Positions 1-8,866 of a stretch of DNA of 64,000 bases are shown piece after piece. Position 1 is the stretch's first letter. The number at the start of each line of letters is the position of its first letter. Made by a program: the position numbers and the translations under genes. The stretch lies in the NCBI GenBank assembly GCA_050259635.1, contig JBLNBA010000004.1, forward strand, positions 11,005-75,004, given 5' to 3'. Source of the DNA: Bacillota bacterium. GTDB taxonomy: Bacteria > Patescibacteriota > Patescibacteriia > Patescibacteriales > UBA12465. Below the pieces are notes generated by a model. The model worked only from the letters and a program-made list of their open reading frames with translations, ran no database searches and had not been told where the DNA came from.

Positions 1-693
1 CTCTTGCCAATGCTGCTGCTGTCTCTCCAGGCTTTCATTCGCCTTGAAGAGGGAGGCGAGCTTCTGTTCTTTAAAAGCCAGGTACGATTCGATCGGTCCC
101 GGATAATGGTAGCAGCCGTTTGGTGATATTTCGATAGTTTCTTTACAGGTTTGCTTAAGGAATTCGCGGTCATGAGAAATGATGAGGAAGCTGCCATGAT
201 AACCGGTTAGATATTTTTGTAGCAGGAGAAGGGTGTTGAGGTCAAGATAATTGCTCGGCTCATCTAAGAGGAAAAGATTTGGTTCTGCAAGCAGCATGGC
301 ACTCAAACGCAAACGCATACGCCATCCTCCGGATAGGGTTGATGCTTCTTGGCTTAGTTTGTCCGGCCCGAGTTCAAACTTGCTTGCCAGCTGGCGCAAA
401 CGCCATTCCGGTTTGCCGCTCAAGCGTCCAAGATAGTCTAAAGCCTTCTCTCCCGGGATCCAATCCTCACTTTGTTTCAGATAGCCCAGCCGTGATTCAT
501 CGTGCAAGATGATATCGCCACTGTCCGCTTGTTCCTCGCCGCAGATTATGCGGAAGAGCGTTGATTTTCCAGCGCCGTTCTTACCGATTACGCCAATTTT
601 CTGTTTTTCCGATATGCTAAAACTGAGGCCGGAAAAAATTTTCCGCCCTCCGTATTCCTTGCTGAGGTTATTTGCTTGCAACAGGATAGGCAT
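1..693 (-). CDS. ABC-F family ATP-binding protein, N-terminal portion (3' end runs off the window)
   Basis: Not in the ORF track because it is open to the window edge. My reverse-strand translation from ATG (complement of 691-693) reads MPILLQANNLSKEYGGRKIFSGLSFSISEKQKIGVIGKNGAGKSTLFRIICGEEQADSGDIILHDESRLGYLKQ...STLSGGWRMRLRLSAMLLAEPNLFLLDEPSNYLD. Walker A, the LSGG signature and Walker B (LLDEP) are present. The frame stays open to nt 1. Confidence 0.85.
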   Translation of the reverse strand, partial: MPILLQANNLSKEYGGRKIFSGLSFSISEKQKIGVIGKNGAGKSTLFRIICGEEQADSGDIILHDESRLGYLKQSEDWIPGEKALDYLGRLSGKPEWRLRQLASKFELGPDKLSQEASTLSGGWRMRLRLSAMLLAEPNLFLLDEPSNYLDLNTLLLLQKYLTGYHGSFLIISHDREFLKQTCKETIEISPNGCYHYPGPIESYLAFKEQKLASLFKANESLERQQQHWQE

Positions 694-694
694 A

Positions 695-1195
695 TTAGGT
701 GCTGATCTTGGTGATGAGGTATTCTTTCCGGCGCCCACCTATTTCCAAAACCGCTGTTTCCCCGACGCGCTTGCCTAAAAGGGCAGCGCCCAGAGGTGAG
801 AGAAGGGAAATAACGCCATGGGCGGGATCTGTTTCTTCTGCGCCGAGAAGACGATAGGTTTTTTCTTTGCCTTCAGAGGAAACGGTTACAAGGTGGCCTG
901 CTTTAATGGAGCTTGTATCTTTATCAGGCATGATGATTTCCGCCTTCTTCAAGAGATCTTCCAATTCTTCAATACGCCGGTTCAGGCCACGCAAACGTCC
1001 CTTGGCAAGCTGGTAACCTGCATTCTCTGAGAAATCACCCATTTCCGCTAAGCGCTTTACCTCTGCGGCTTCGTGCGGATGTTTTATTTTGAGCCTTTTG
1101 AGGCGTTCTTCAAGGGCCCGATATTTCTCCGGGCTGAGATGGTAGTCTCTTGGGCTTTGGGGTATGTTCTCACTTCGTCTTCTTGGTACCTGCAT
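695..1195 (-). CDS. greA: transcription elongation factor GreA
   Basis: 166 aa. N-terminal coiled-coil region followed by GDFSENAGY (GreA acidic tip motif GDxSENAEY) and a C-terminal globular domain (ISLLSPLGAALLGKRVGE). The stop lies 1 nt from the ABC-F start. Confidence 0.85.
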   Translation of the reverse strand: MQVPRRRSENIPQSPRDYHLSPEKYRALEERLKRLKIKHPHEAAEVKRLAEMGDFSENAGYQLAKGRLRGLNRRIEELEDLLKKAEIIMPDKDTSSIKAGHLVTVSSEGKEKTYRLLGAEETDPAHGVISLLSPLGAALLGKRVGETAVLEIGGRRKEYLITKIST

Positions 1196-1256
1196 ATGGA
1201 ATAATGATAATATATGGCTTGGATTAAAGCAATATTGAGGGAGATTTGGCCAACCT

Positions 1257-1286
1257 TTGACTTTTTATCGCCTTTTATGTTATATT
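1257..1286 (+). promoter_or_regulatory. candidate sigma70-type promoter for the helicase gene (TTGACT - 18 nt - TGtTATATT)
   Basis: TTGACT at 1257-1262 and TATATT at 1281-1286, preceded by a TG (extended -10). This puts the TSS downstream of the TTG start used by the ORF track (1285) and supports the ATG at 1354. Confidence 0.4.
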
Positions 1287-1353
1287 GGATACAGAAATTC
1301 GCTTCTCAATATTAATTGTTAATACGGAAGTGGCTATACAGCCGCTTATTTTT

Positions 1354-2904
1354 ATGTCAGATATGAAAGAAAAATCTGTTACCGAGCTTTCTTTTGAGGG
1401 TTTGGGTATCAAAGATAGTATACTTAAAGCTATCTCCGGTTTGGGGTTGAAGAATCCTACGCCGATCCAGCATCAGGCTATTCCTGCTGCTTTGAAGGGC
1501 GAGGACATCGTGGGCATTGCCCGTACCGGTACGGGCAAGACCTATGCCTTTGGCATCCCCATGATCCAACGCTTAGCGGAAGTCAAAGGGCGCGGGCTTA
1601 TTATGTTGCCGACGCGCGAGCTCGCAAACCAGGTGGAAGCCAGCCTCCGGACCCTTGGCGCTTCCTTAGGTCTGCGCACCGTCTCCTTAATCGGGGGCGA
1701 GAATATTAAGCGGCAGCTTGATGGCCTGAGAAAAAGACCGCATGTCATTGTGGCCACTCCCGGACGCCTTATCGATCATCTTAACCGAGGTTCGGTTAAG
1801 CTTACAGATACTTCCGTCCTCGTCTTTGACGAAGCGGATATGATGTTCGATATGGGCTTTGCGCCGCAGATCGAAGAAGTCTTGAAACGGGTCCCGTCAA
1901 AGAGGCAAACTCTGCTGTTTTCCGCCACTATGCCTCCGGCGGTCATGAAGCTTGCGGAAAAGCATCTTCAGGCACCTGTACGCGTAGAAGTCTCACCGGC
2001 CGGTACGACCGCTGATCTTGTCGAACAAGAAATCGTGATCGTATCCCGCGATAGCCGCTGGGACCAGACGCTCCTTTTGCTTAAAGAATATCGGGATTCC
2101 GTCTTGATTTTTGTCCGTACTAAGCATGGGGCCTCCAAGCTGGCTAAGAAACTACAGCAATCCGGATATAAAGCGGCCGAGATCCACTCGAACCTTTCCT
2201 TTCCTCAGAGACAGGCCGCTCTTTCCGGATTTAAGAGCGGGCAGCACCGCATCCTGGTTGCGACCGATGTCGCTGCTAGAGGTCTGGATATTAATGATAT
2301 CCAGCTGGTCTTGAATTTTGATCTCCCGGATAATTCGGAAGATTATGTCCATCGTATCGGAAGGACGGCGAGAGCCGGCAAGAGCGGCAAGGCCGTGTCT
2401 TTCGCTTCGCCGGATCAAGCTCGCGACGTATTAAAAATCGAGCAACTAATCCAAAAGTCTTTACCCAGAAAGAAGGTTGGCGGAACAAATTTCCAGTCCT
2501 TCTCCGAAAAAGATGGAAGACGAAAACGCGGCTTCAGCCGTCCGCGTGAAGATAAAAAGTTTGTGCGCTCCGAGAGCCGCAGACCGGCGCGTCCGGAAAG
2601 GAAAAACTTCAATCGCCCTGAAAAGAAGGAAATGCCCGTCGCCGTGAAAAAGGAAGAGCATTATAGCAGTCTGGGATTCAAGAAGCGCTCAGATAGCGTC
2701 GATATCACTGCCATACCCGATTACTTAGCGCCGTCCCGTCCTTCACGGAGTGGAAGCCGAGATGTACGTTCTGGCCGGAATCGCCGGGATGCGCAGTCTT
2801 CTCCGATGGAGAATCCTACTTTTGATGGCGGCAATCGCTTCGCTTTCCGCCGTAAGATGTATAAGCTTAAGGAAGCGGCGAGGGGAAATTCCCGCTCCCG
2901 TTAA
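1354..2904 (+). CDS. DEAD-box ATP-dependent RNA helicase with a long basic (R/K/S-rich) C-terminal tail
   Basis: Q-motif region TPIQHQAIP, ARTGTGKTYAF (motif I), PTRELA, VFDEADMMFD (DEAD), SAT, HRIGRTARAG (motif VI). The ORF track starts at 1285 (TTG); I prefer ATG 1354 (MSDMKEKS). Confidence 0.9.
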   Translation: MSDMKEKSVTELSFEGLGIKDSILKAISGLGLKNPTPIQHQAIPAALKGEDIVGIARTGTGKTYAFGIPMIQRLAEVKGRGLIMLPTRELANQVEASLRTLGASLGLRTVSLIGGENIKRQLDGLRKRPHVIVATPGRLIDHLNRGSVKLTDTSVLVFDEADMMFDMGFAPQIEEVLKRVPSKRQTLLFSATMPPAVMKLAEKHLQAPVRVEVSPAGTTADLVEQEIVIVSRDSRWDQTLLLLKEYRDSVLIFVRTKHGASKLAKKLQQSGYKAAEIHSNLSFPQRQAALSGFKSGQHRILVATDVAARGLDINDIQLVLNFDLPDNSEDYVHRIGRTARAGKSGKAVSFASPDQARDVLKIEQLIQKSLPRKKVGGTNFQSFSEKDGRRKRGFSRPREDKKFVRSESRRPARPERKNFNRPEKKEMPVAVKKEEHYSSLGFKKRSDSVDITAIPDYLAPSRPSRSGSRDVRSGRNRRDAQSSPMENPTFDGGNRFAFRRKMYKLKEAARGNSRSR

Positions 2905-2907
2905 ACT

Positions 2908-3459
2908 ATGAAGCCAGATCTTATCCATTCTGGCGATATCGCCATCAGCTTGCGCCGCGTCCCTAGGGCGCGGCATTTGCGTTTAAGCGTCGACGGCAGC
3001 GGTTCCGTCTTGCTTACGCGGCCGCTTTGGGTTTCGCGGGAGTCTGCTCTGAGTTTCTTAAAAGAAAAGGAGGCTTGGTTAAGGGTCCGGATTGAGGAAA
3101 TCCGATCAAGACCAGCGTCGATCCTCCATTCCGGAGGCAGGGAGGAGTACCTTCGTTATAAGGAAAAGGCGAGGCTGATTGTGCGGTCCCGTCTCCAATT
3201 TTATAATTCCCATTATGGTTTTAATATTATCCGGATATCCATTCGCGATCAAAAGAGTCGCTGGGGAAGCTGTTCTCATGCTGGAGGCTTGAATTTCAAT
3301 TACCGGCTGGCATTGTTGCCCGCTGATTTGGCGGACTATATCATTGTCCACGAGCTTTGCCATTTAAAGGAAATGAATCACAGCCCGGCTTTCTGGCGCT
3401 TAGTGGGGGAAAAGATTCCTGATTATCAAGAAAAGCGTCGGCGGCTGAGGAAGATCTGA
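2908..3459 (+). CDS. YgjP/DUF45-type (M48-like) zinc metallohydrolase
   Basis: 183 aa with C-terminal HELCHLKEMNHSPAFW (HExxH plus downstream H), characteristic of the DUF45/YgjP family. Confidence 0.75.
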   Translation: MKPDLIHSGDIAISLRRVPRARHLRLSVDGSGSVLLTRPLWVSRESALSFLKEKEAWLRVRIEEIRSRPASILHSGGREEYLRYKEKARLIVRSRLQFYNSHYGFNIIRISIRDQKSRWGSCSHAGGLNFNYRLALLPADLADYIIVHELCHLKEMNHSPAFWRLVGEKIPDYQEKRRRLRKI

Positions 3460-3460
3460 A

Positions 3461-3489
3461 TTGACTCAGGAGTAAATTTATGGCATAAT
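3461..3489 (+). promoter_or_regulatory. candidate sigma70-type promoter of the exporter operon (TTGACT - 17 nt - CATAAT)
   Basis: TTGACT at 3461-3466 and CATAAT at 3484-3489. A second extended -10 (TGgTATAAT, 3514-3522) lies closer to the start codon. Confidence 0.4.
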
Positions 3490-3544
3490 TACTGTTTCCA
3501 CATGCGCATTATTTGGTATAATTGAGATATCTTAATATTTATTT

Positions 3545-5476
3545 ATGACTAAGAAAAAACGACGTATTATAACCTATTCGGCCATCGGTCTGGTAGCGGC
3601 TGTTCTGATCTGGTCTTTTACCAAGGGAGGTCCGAAACCGGTCTATTCTACGGTGACGGTATCGGCTGGCCCTCTTGAACAGACGGTTAGTGAAACTGGG
3701 ACGGTTAAGCCGGTGAAGGAAGTCGCCCTTAATTTCCTTACTTCGGGACGGCTTAAAGAAATCAAGGCTAAGGTCGGAGATAAGGTGACGGCCGGTACTG
3801 AGCTGGCTGCTTTGGATGATAGTGCCCTCTTATCTCGCCGGATGGAAGCGATGGCCGGGCTACGCATCGCAGAAGCGTCTCTTTCTAAAATATTAGCCGG
3901 AGCCAGTAATGAAAATGTGGCTATCGGACGTTCCGGCTTATCTCAGGCGCAGACTGCCGCGGCGTCGGCTAAAGTTGATTTAGAGAAGACTAAGACTAGC
4001 GTTGCTGAAAATATCCGCCAAGCGCAAAAAGGCTTGGCTGATCTTGAATCGACGGATCCCTCCACGCCAACTTCCGCAGAACAGGCAGTTTCTTCTGCCA
4101 GTACGGCGCTGGACAATGCAAAAAAGAACGGCGCTAAGAATATTGAGAATGCCCGTAGCAATGCTTATCTGGCCTTGAGCGACAAGATCCTAATCGCGAA
4201 GGTGGCCCTTGATAATATCAATACCATCCTTGAAGACGATGCGGCTGAAAATGTCCTGAGCGTGAAAAATTCTGTATATCTGACTCGGACCAAAGATACG
4301 CGTTCGGCAGCAATGGCGCTTGTTCCCGGGGCGGAAAAAGCCGTGGCCGATGCTAAGGCGACCGACGACCTATCGGTGATGGATAATGCTGGCGCCAAGG
4401 TGAAAGCCCTACTTCTGGCTACAGACACTTCTTTGGATAACGCCTATTCTATGCTAGAAGCGACTATCACCAGCGTAGATTTTCCTCAGACTCGTCTGGA
4501 TTCCTTCAAGTCTTTGGTCAGTGCCCAGTCTGCCCAGGTGAATGCCGCCAGCAGCGCAGCCGAAGCCGCGGTGCAGGGCTTGCGTAATTCAATTTTGAAT
4601 GAAGAAACCTCGGTATCGGGCGCGGAGGATAATCTCAGGCAGGCGCAGACTGCTTTGGATAATGCAATAATTTCCGCTCGCAACGCTTTGGCCAGTGCAA
4701 GGCTGGGAGGAGACCAACAGATCGCCGCTGCTCAAGCTCGACTCGATAGCGCCAATCAAGGGGTATCGCTGGCGCAGGCCCAGCTCAATAGCACCTTGGC
4801 TCCGGCTCGCGCCCAAGATGTTTCTCTTGCTCAAGCGCAGGTAACACAGGCTCAAGCCAGTTTGGCCGGTATTGACCAGCAATTGGCAGATAGCCGTTTG
4901 CTCGCGCCTCTAGATGGCGTCATTACCCAGGTTAATTATGAAATCGGCGAACAGTTCGGTCCCGGAGGAAAGCCGGCAGTTACCATCCTCGTTAATAATA
5001 GTTTTAATATCGAAGTAGATATCGCGGAATCGAACATTAGCAAGGTCAAGGTGGGTGACGAAGCCGCCATCACTTTTGATGCTTTTCCGGACGATTTCAT
5101 CCTCAAGGGAGTGGTGAGCTTTATCGAGCCGGCGCAAACTCTCATTCAGGACGTAGTGTATTATAAGGTGAAGATCGATTTCGCCGATTTGGCTGAGACG
5201 ATGGCAATGCTGGAAAGCCGCGCCTATGTCTTAAAGGCCGGTATGACCGCTAATGTTGTCATCACCACCGACCGTCGCCAGGAAGTCTTGCAAGTCCCCG
5301 CGAGAGCCATTACCGAGCGGGACGGCCAGCAGTATGTGCGTCTTCTTGCTAACGGCGAACCGCAGGAAGTCTCCGTTACTACCGGCTTGCGCGGCGACGA
5401 GGGGATGGTTGAAATCTTGAGCGGGCTCCAAGCTGGCAACGAGGTAATTACCTTCGTCCAGGACGGGAAGAAATAA
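3545..5476 (+). CDS. HlyD/MacA-family membrane-fusion (periplasmic adaptor) protein, unusually long (643 aa)
   Basis: N-terminal TM helix (IITYSAIGLVAAVLIWSF). Lipoyl-like halves VKAKVGDKVTAGTELAALD and LLAPLDGVITQVN. C-terminal beta-barrel/MP segments. About 360 aa of A/S/Q/L/N-rich helical sequence lies between the lipoyl halves. Confidence 0.85.
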   Translation: MTKKKRRIITYSAIGLVAAVLIWSFTKGGPKPVYSTVTVSAGPLEQTVSETGTVKPVKEVALNFLTSGRLKEIKAKVGDKVTAGTELAALDDSALLSRRMEAMAGLRIAEASLSKILAGASNENVAIGRSGLSQAQTAAASAKVDLEKTKTSVAENIRQAQKGLADLESTDPSTPTSAEQAVSSASTALDNAKKNGAKNIENARSNAYLALSDKILIAKVALDNINTILEDDAAENVLSVKNSVYLTRTKDTRSAAMALVPGAEKAVADAKATDDLSVMDNAGAKVKALLLATDTSLDNAYSMLEATITSVDFPQTRLDSFKSLVSAQSAQVNAASSAAEAAVQGLRNSILNEETSVSGAEDNLRQAQTALDNAIISARNALASARLGGDQQIAAAQARLDSANQGVSLAQAQLNSTLAPARAQDVSLAQAQVTQAQASLAGIDQQLADSRLLAPLDGVITQVNYEIGEQFGPGGKPAVTILVNNSFNIEVDIAESNISKVKVGDEAAITFDAFPDDFILKGVVSFIEPAQTLIQDVVYYKVKIDFADLAETMAMLESRAYVLKAGMTANVVITTDRRQEVLQVPARAITERDGQQYVRLLANGEPQEVSVTTGLRGDEGMVEILSGLQAGNEVITFVQDGKK

Positions 5477-5480
5477 TGAT

Positions 5481-6203
5481 ATGGAAAAGGGATTGATTTC
5501 GCTCAAAGGAATTTCCAAGACTTATCTTAGCGGTGATTTGGAAACGCCGGTTCTAAAAGATATAAACTTCACTGTCGATCAGGGTGAGTTCGTGGCCATC
5601 ATGGGCCCGTCGGGTTCGGGTAAATCCACCTTGATGCATATCCTAGGTCTTTTGGATCGGGCAACAACGGGTTCGTATTCGTTCGCGGGTAAAGAAGTCG
5701 GGGAACTGGATGACGAACAGCTCGCACATTTGCGGAATCAGGAAATCGGTTTCGTCTTTCAGGCCTTCAACCTTTTGGCGCGCACTAGCGTCATTGATAA
5801 TGTTAAACTTCCCCTGATCTATTCGAAAGATAAGCATCACATGGAAGAGAGAGCCAGCAAAGTTTTAGAAAGTGTAGGTTTGGGCCATCGCTTGTCATAT
5901 CATACTAATCAGATATCCGGCGGTGAAAAACAGCGGGTAGCCATCGCGCGTGCCTTGGTTAATGAGCCCTCCGTTATTTTTGCTGACGAACCTACCGGTA
6001 ATTTGGATTCCAAATCAGGCGTGCAGGTCATGCAAATATTGCAAGATCTGAATGACCAAGGCAAGACGATTATCCTGGTTACGCATGAGACCTACACGGC
6101 CGAGCATGCGAAGCGTATCATCCGGGTACATGATGGGCAGATTGTCGGTGATGACCGTGTGGGTAAGCGCCGCTTTGCCGTCGATGGTGAACTTTTGAAG
6201 TGA
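5481..6203 (+). CDS. ABC transporter ATP-binding protein (MacB/LolD-type)
   Basis: [10 protein letters not shown] (Walker A), [16 protein letters not shown] (signature), [11 protein letters not shown] (Walker B), VTHE (H-loop). Confidence 0.92.
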   Translation: MEKGLISLKGISKTYLSGDLETPVLKDINFTVDQGEFVAIMGPSGSGKSTLMHILGLLDRATTGSYSFAGKEVGELDDEQLAHLRNQEIGFVFQAFNLLARTSVIDNVKLPLIYSKDKHHMEERASKVLESVGLGHRLSYHTNQISGGEKQRVAIARALVNEPSVIFADEPTGNLDSKSGVQVMQILQDLNDQGKTIILVTHETYTAEHAKRIIRVHDGQIVGDDRVGKRRFAVDGELLK

Positions 6204-7456
6204 TATTTATGCTCGAGAACCTCAAACAATTGTTGCATCTCGCCCTCCGGGCTTTGCTTAGCAATAAGACCCGGAGTTTTTTAACGATGTTGGGGATAAT
6301 TATCGGCGTAGGAGCGGTCGTGTTGATCATGGCTCTTGGGTCGGGAGCGCAGTCTTTGATCTTGGGAGAACTGGAAGGATTCGGCAGTGATCTTATTGGC
6401 ATCCTGCCTGGGCAATCGGACGAGAAGGGACCGCCTGCTTCAGCCTTTGGAGTTAAGATCACTTCGCTTAAAGAGTCCGACGCCGAGGCCTTGAGTGATA
6501 CCAAGAATGTGCCTCACGCTAAATATGTCGCCGCCTATTATGATGCGAGCGTATCCTTGTCTTGGCGGGACCAGAGCCACGATACCAGCCTCCAGGGAGG
6601 TTCGGGGGATTATCTCGAGATTGATGGCGGTGAAATCGAGCGCGGACGCTTTTTCAGCAAAGAAGAAATGAATACTAATTTGCGCTTGGCTGTAATCGGC
6701 AAGACGGTGGCTGACGAGCTTTTTGGCAATACCGATCCTGTTGGCCAACGTTTCAAAATCAAGAATCAGATGGTTACGGTTATTGGCGTGATGAAAGAAC
6801 GGGGGCAGGTCGGTTTCCAGGACAGCGACGATCGGGTGATTACCCCTTTGCTCTTTGCTCAAAAAGAGATTGGCGGCGTGAATTATCTGAGCCAGATCGC
6901 CCTGAAAGTTGATGACCCAGCCAATATAGATGAGAGTATGGAGATGATCCGGCAGACCCTGCGCGACCGCCACGGGATCGATAGTCCTGAGGATGACGAT
7001 TTCTCAGTTCGGAGCTTCCGGGACGCCCTCGATCTGGTGACTAATATCACGGATGCTCTGCGGTATTTTTTGGCTGCCATGGCCGCTCTTTCGCTGTTAG
7101 TCGGAGGTATTGGAATTATGAATATCATGTTAGTGGGCGTAACGGAACGTACGCGTGAGATTGGATTAAGGAAGGCGATCGGGGCTACGAGCCGCCAGGT
7201 TCTTACCCAGTTTTTACTTGAGGCGGTAGTCTTAACGCTCTTTGGCGGTGTCGTGGGCTTAATCGGCGGCGCTGGCGTGGCCTATCTTGTTTCCATAATC
7301 GTAAATTCCCTTGGTTACCGCTGGGATTTTGTCATTTCGGTATTCTCTATACTTATCGCGGTGGGCTTGTCTACCTTGATCGGCGTCGTTTTCGGATATT
7401 ATCCGGCTTGGCGCGCTAGCCGTTTGAGCCCGATAGAAGCTTTGCGTTATGAATGA
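6200..7456 (+). CDS. ABC transporter permease, FtsX/MacB-type (TM1, large extracytoplasmic domain, 3 TM)
   Basis: 418 aa. N-terminal NKTRSFLTMLGIIIGVGAVV, about 220-aa soluble insert, C-terminal FtsX domain with ERTREIGLRKAIGA. Overlaps the ATPase stop by 4 nt. Confidence 0.88.
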   Translation: MIFMLENLKQLLHLALRALLSNKTRSFLTMLGIIIGVGAVVLIMALGSGAQSLILGELEGFGSDLIGILPGQSDEKGPPASAFGVKITSLKESDAEALSDTKNVPHAKYVAAYYDASVSLSWRDQSHDTSLQGGSGDYLEIDGGEIERGRFFSKEEMNTNLRLAVIGKTVADELFGNTDPVGQRFKIKNQMVTVIGVMKERGQVGFQDSDDRVITPLLFAQKEIGGVNYLSQIALKVDDPANIDESMEMIRQTLRDRHGIDSPEDDDFSVRSFRDALDLVTNITDALRYFLAAMAALSLLVGGIGIMNIMLVGVTERTREIGLRKAIGATSRQVLTQFLLEAVVLTLFGGVVGLIGGAGVAYLVSIIVNSLGYRWDFVISVFSILIAVGLSTLIGVVFGYYPAWRASRLSPIEALRYE

Positions 7457-8690
7457 TACTATTGAGCGGCTTAAAGTCGCCGGACAATTAGCTCTCCGTT
7501 CTCTCCGTTTGAACTTTGTCAGGACCAGTCTCACTGTTTTAGGTGTGGTGATTGGCGTTGCTGCAATTATTGTCGTTTTTGCCGCCGGAGATGGAATTAG
7601 CCGCCTTATTTCCGGAGAGCTTGAATCATATGGTACCAATGTCATTCAGACGGAGACAAAGGTCCCGGGGAAAGAGGCGATGTCTGCCGCCGAAATAACT
7701 ACGCTTAAATTATCCGATCTGGAGGCGATAAACCGCTTGGATAATATCGAAATGAGTTATGCGGCTTCCCTTGGCCAGCAGAAGGTTAGTTACGGAGCGG
7801 AGAGCAAAAAGATTTTTGTCTTTGGCGTCAGTGCTCCTTATGCGGAAATCGATGCGAAGACAAAGATAGCGGACGGAGAGTTCTTCACGGAAGAGCAGGA
7901 CCGGGGACAGGCGATGGTTGCCGTTTTGGGGGCTTCGCTCAAAGAATATCTTTTCGGAGACCAGGAAGCGGTGGGGCGTTCGATTAAGCTGGGTACGCAG
8001 AAGTTCCAAGTCATTGGCGTTTTAGAAGAGCAAGGCGGAGCCGCTAGTTTTTTGGATTTCGATAATCTTGTATACATTCCGATTAATACTTTGCATAAAA
8101 GGATTTTAGGCATCGATTATGCAATGTATTTCATGCACCAGTTAAAGGATGTCGAGCGCGCCAACGAGACTGTCGGCGAGATCCAGGCCCTCTTAAGGGA
8201 GCGGCATGAAATTAGCGATCCGGCCAAGGATGATTTCCGTGTCTCTACCATGGATGAGATGCTCAAAACTCTCGGCGTCGTGACCGGAGCCGTCACCTAC
8301 CTGCTATTAATGATCGTCCTGATATCCTTATTGGTCGGAGGGGTGGGAATCATGAATATCATGTATGTAACCGTGACTGAACGTACGCCGGAGATCGGTT
8401 TGCGTAAGGCCATGGGTGCAACCAGCCGGGACGTAACCTATCAGTTTTTAATTGAATCGTTGCTCATAACTTTTTGGGGGTGGTTCCTGGGGGCGGCAAT
8501 TGGCGTCGGGGCTGCTTATTTATTGAGTGCCGTGGCTCGCAACTTCGGGTTTAATTGGGAGATGTCTTTTCCCTGGAAGGGGGTTGGCGTTTCGCTGATG
8601 TTCTCTCTGCTCTGCGGCTTATTATTCGGATATCGTCCGGCTAAACAAGCATCTCGCTTGGACCCAGTCGAGGCCTTGAGAGTCGAATAA
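7449..8690 (+). CDS. second ABC transporter permease, FtsX/MacB-type (paralog of the preceding gene)
   Basis: 413 aa with the same topology. ERTPEIGLRKAMGA and a C-terminal PAKQASRLDPVEALR that mirrors PAWRASRLSPIEALR of the upstream paralog. 8-nt overlap with it. Confidence 0.88.
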   Translation: MNDTIERLKVAGQLALRSLRLNFVRTSLTVLGVVIGVAAIIVVFAAGDGISRLISGELESYGTNVIQTETKVPGKEAMSAAEITTLKLSDLEAINRLDNIEMSYAASLGQQKVSYGAESKKIFVFGVSAPYAEIDAKTKIADGEFFTEEQDRGQAMVAVLGASLKEYLFGDQEAVGRSIKLGTQKFQVIGVLEEQGGAASFLDFDNLVYIPINTLHKRILGIDYAMYFMHQLKDVERANETVGEIQALLRERHEISDPAKDDFRVSTMDEMLKTLGVVTGAVTYLLLMIVLISLLVGGVGIMNIMYVTVTERTPEIGLRKAMGATSRDVTYQFLIESLLITFWGWFLGAAIGVGAAYLLSAVARNFGFNWEMSFPWKGVGVSLMFSLLCGLLFGYRPAKQASRLDPVEALRVE

Positions 8691-8708
8691 GATAGAGAGT
8701 CTAAATAA

Positions 8709-8731
8709 GGCGCCCGTTCCGGGCGTTTTTT
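8709..8731 (+). terminator. Rho-independent terminator after the exporter operon
   Basis: GC stem CGCCCG/CGGGCG followed by TTTTTT, 19 nt after the stop codon. Confidence 0.7.
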
Positions 8732-8866
8732 AATGCAAGAAATCCGGTGCCCACCCGTAGTATAGTCATAAGGATTAATTGGCCGGCGATTAATTCGATA
8801 TAACTAAAGCGATTTTGGGGAAACAGGCAGCCTGCGCTTCCTTGCCCGAAAATCAGCCAATAATCT

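Noticed and set aside
251-778. Three plus-strand ORFs (251-436, 279-512, 509-778) at the window start
   Set aside because: They lie antisense to a clean ABC-F ATPase reading frame on the minus strand, which is open from nt 693 to the window edge and carries Walker A, signature and Walker B motifs. The peptide VDFPAPFLPITP is the classic mirror image of a Walker A region.
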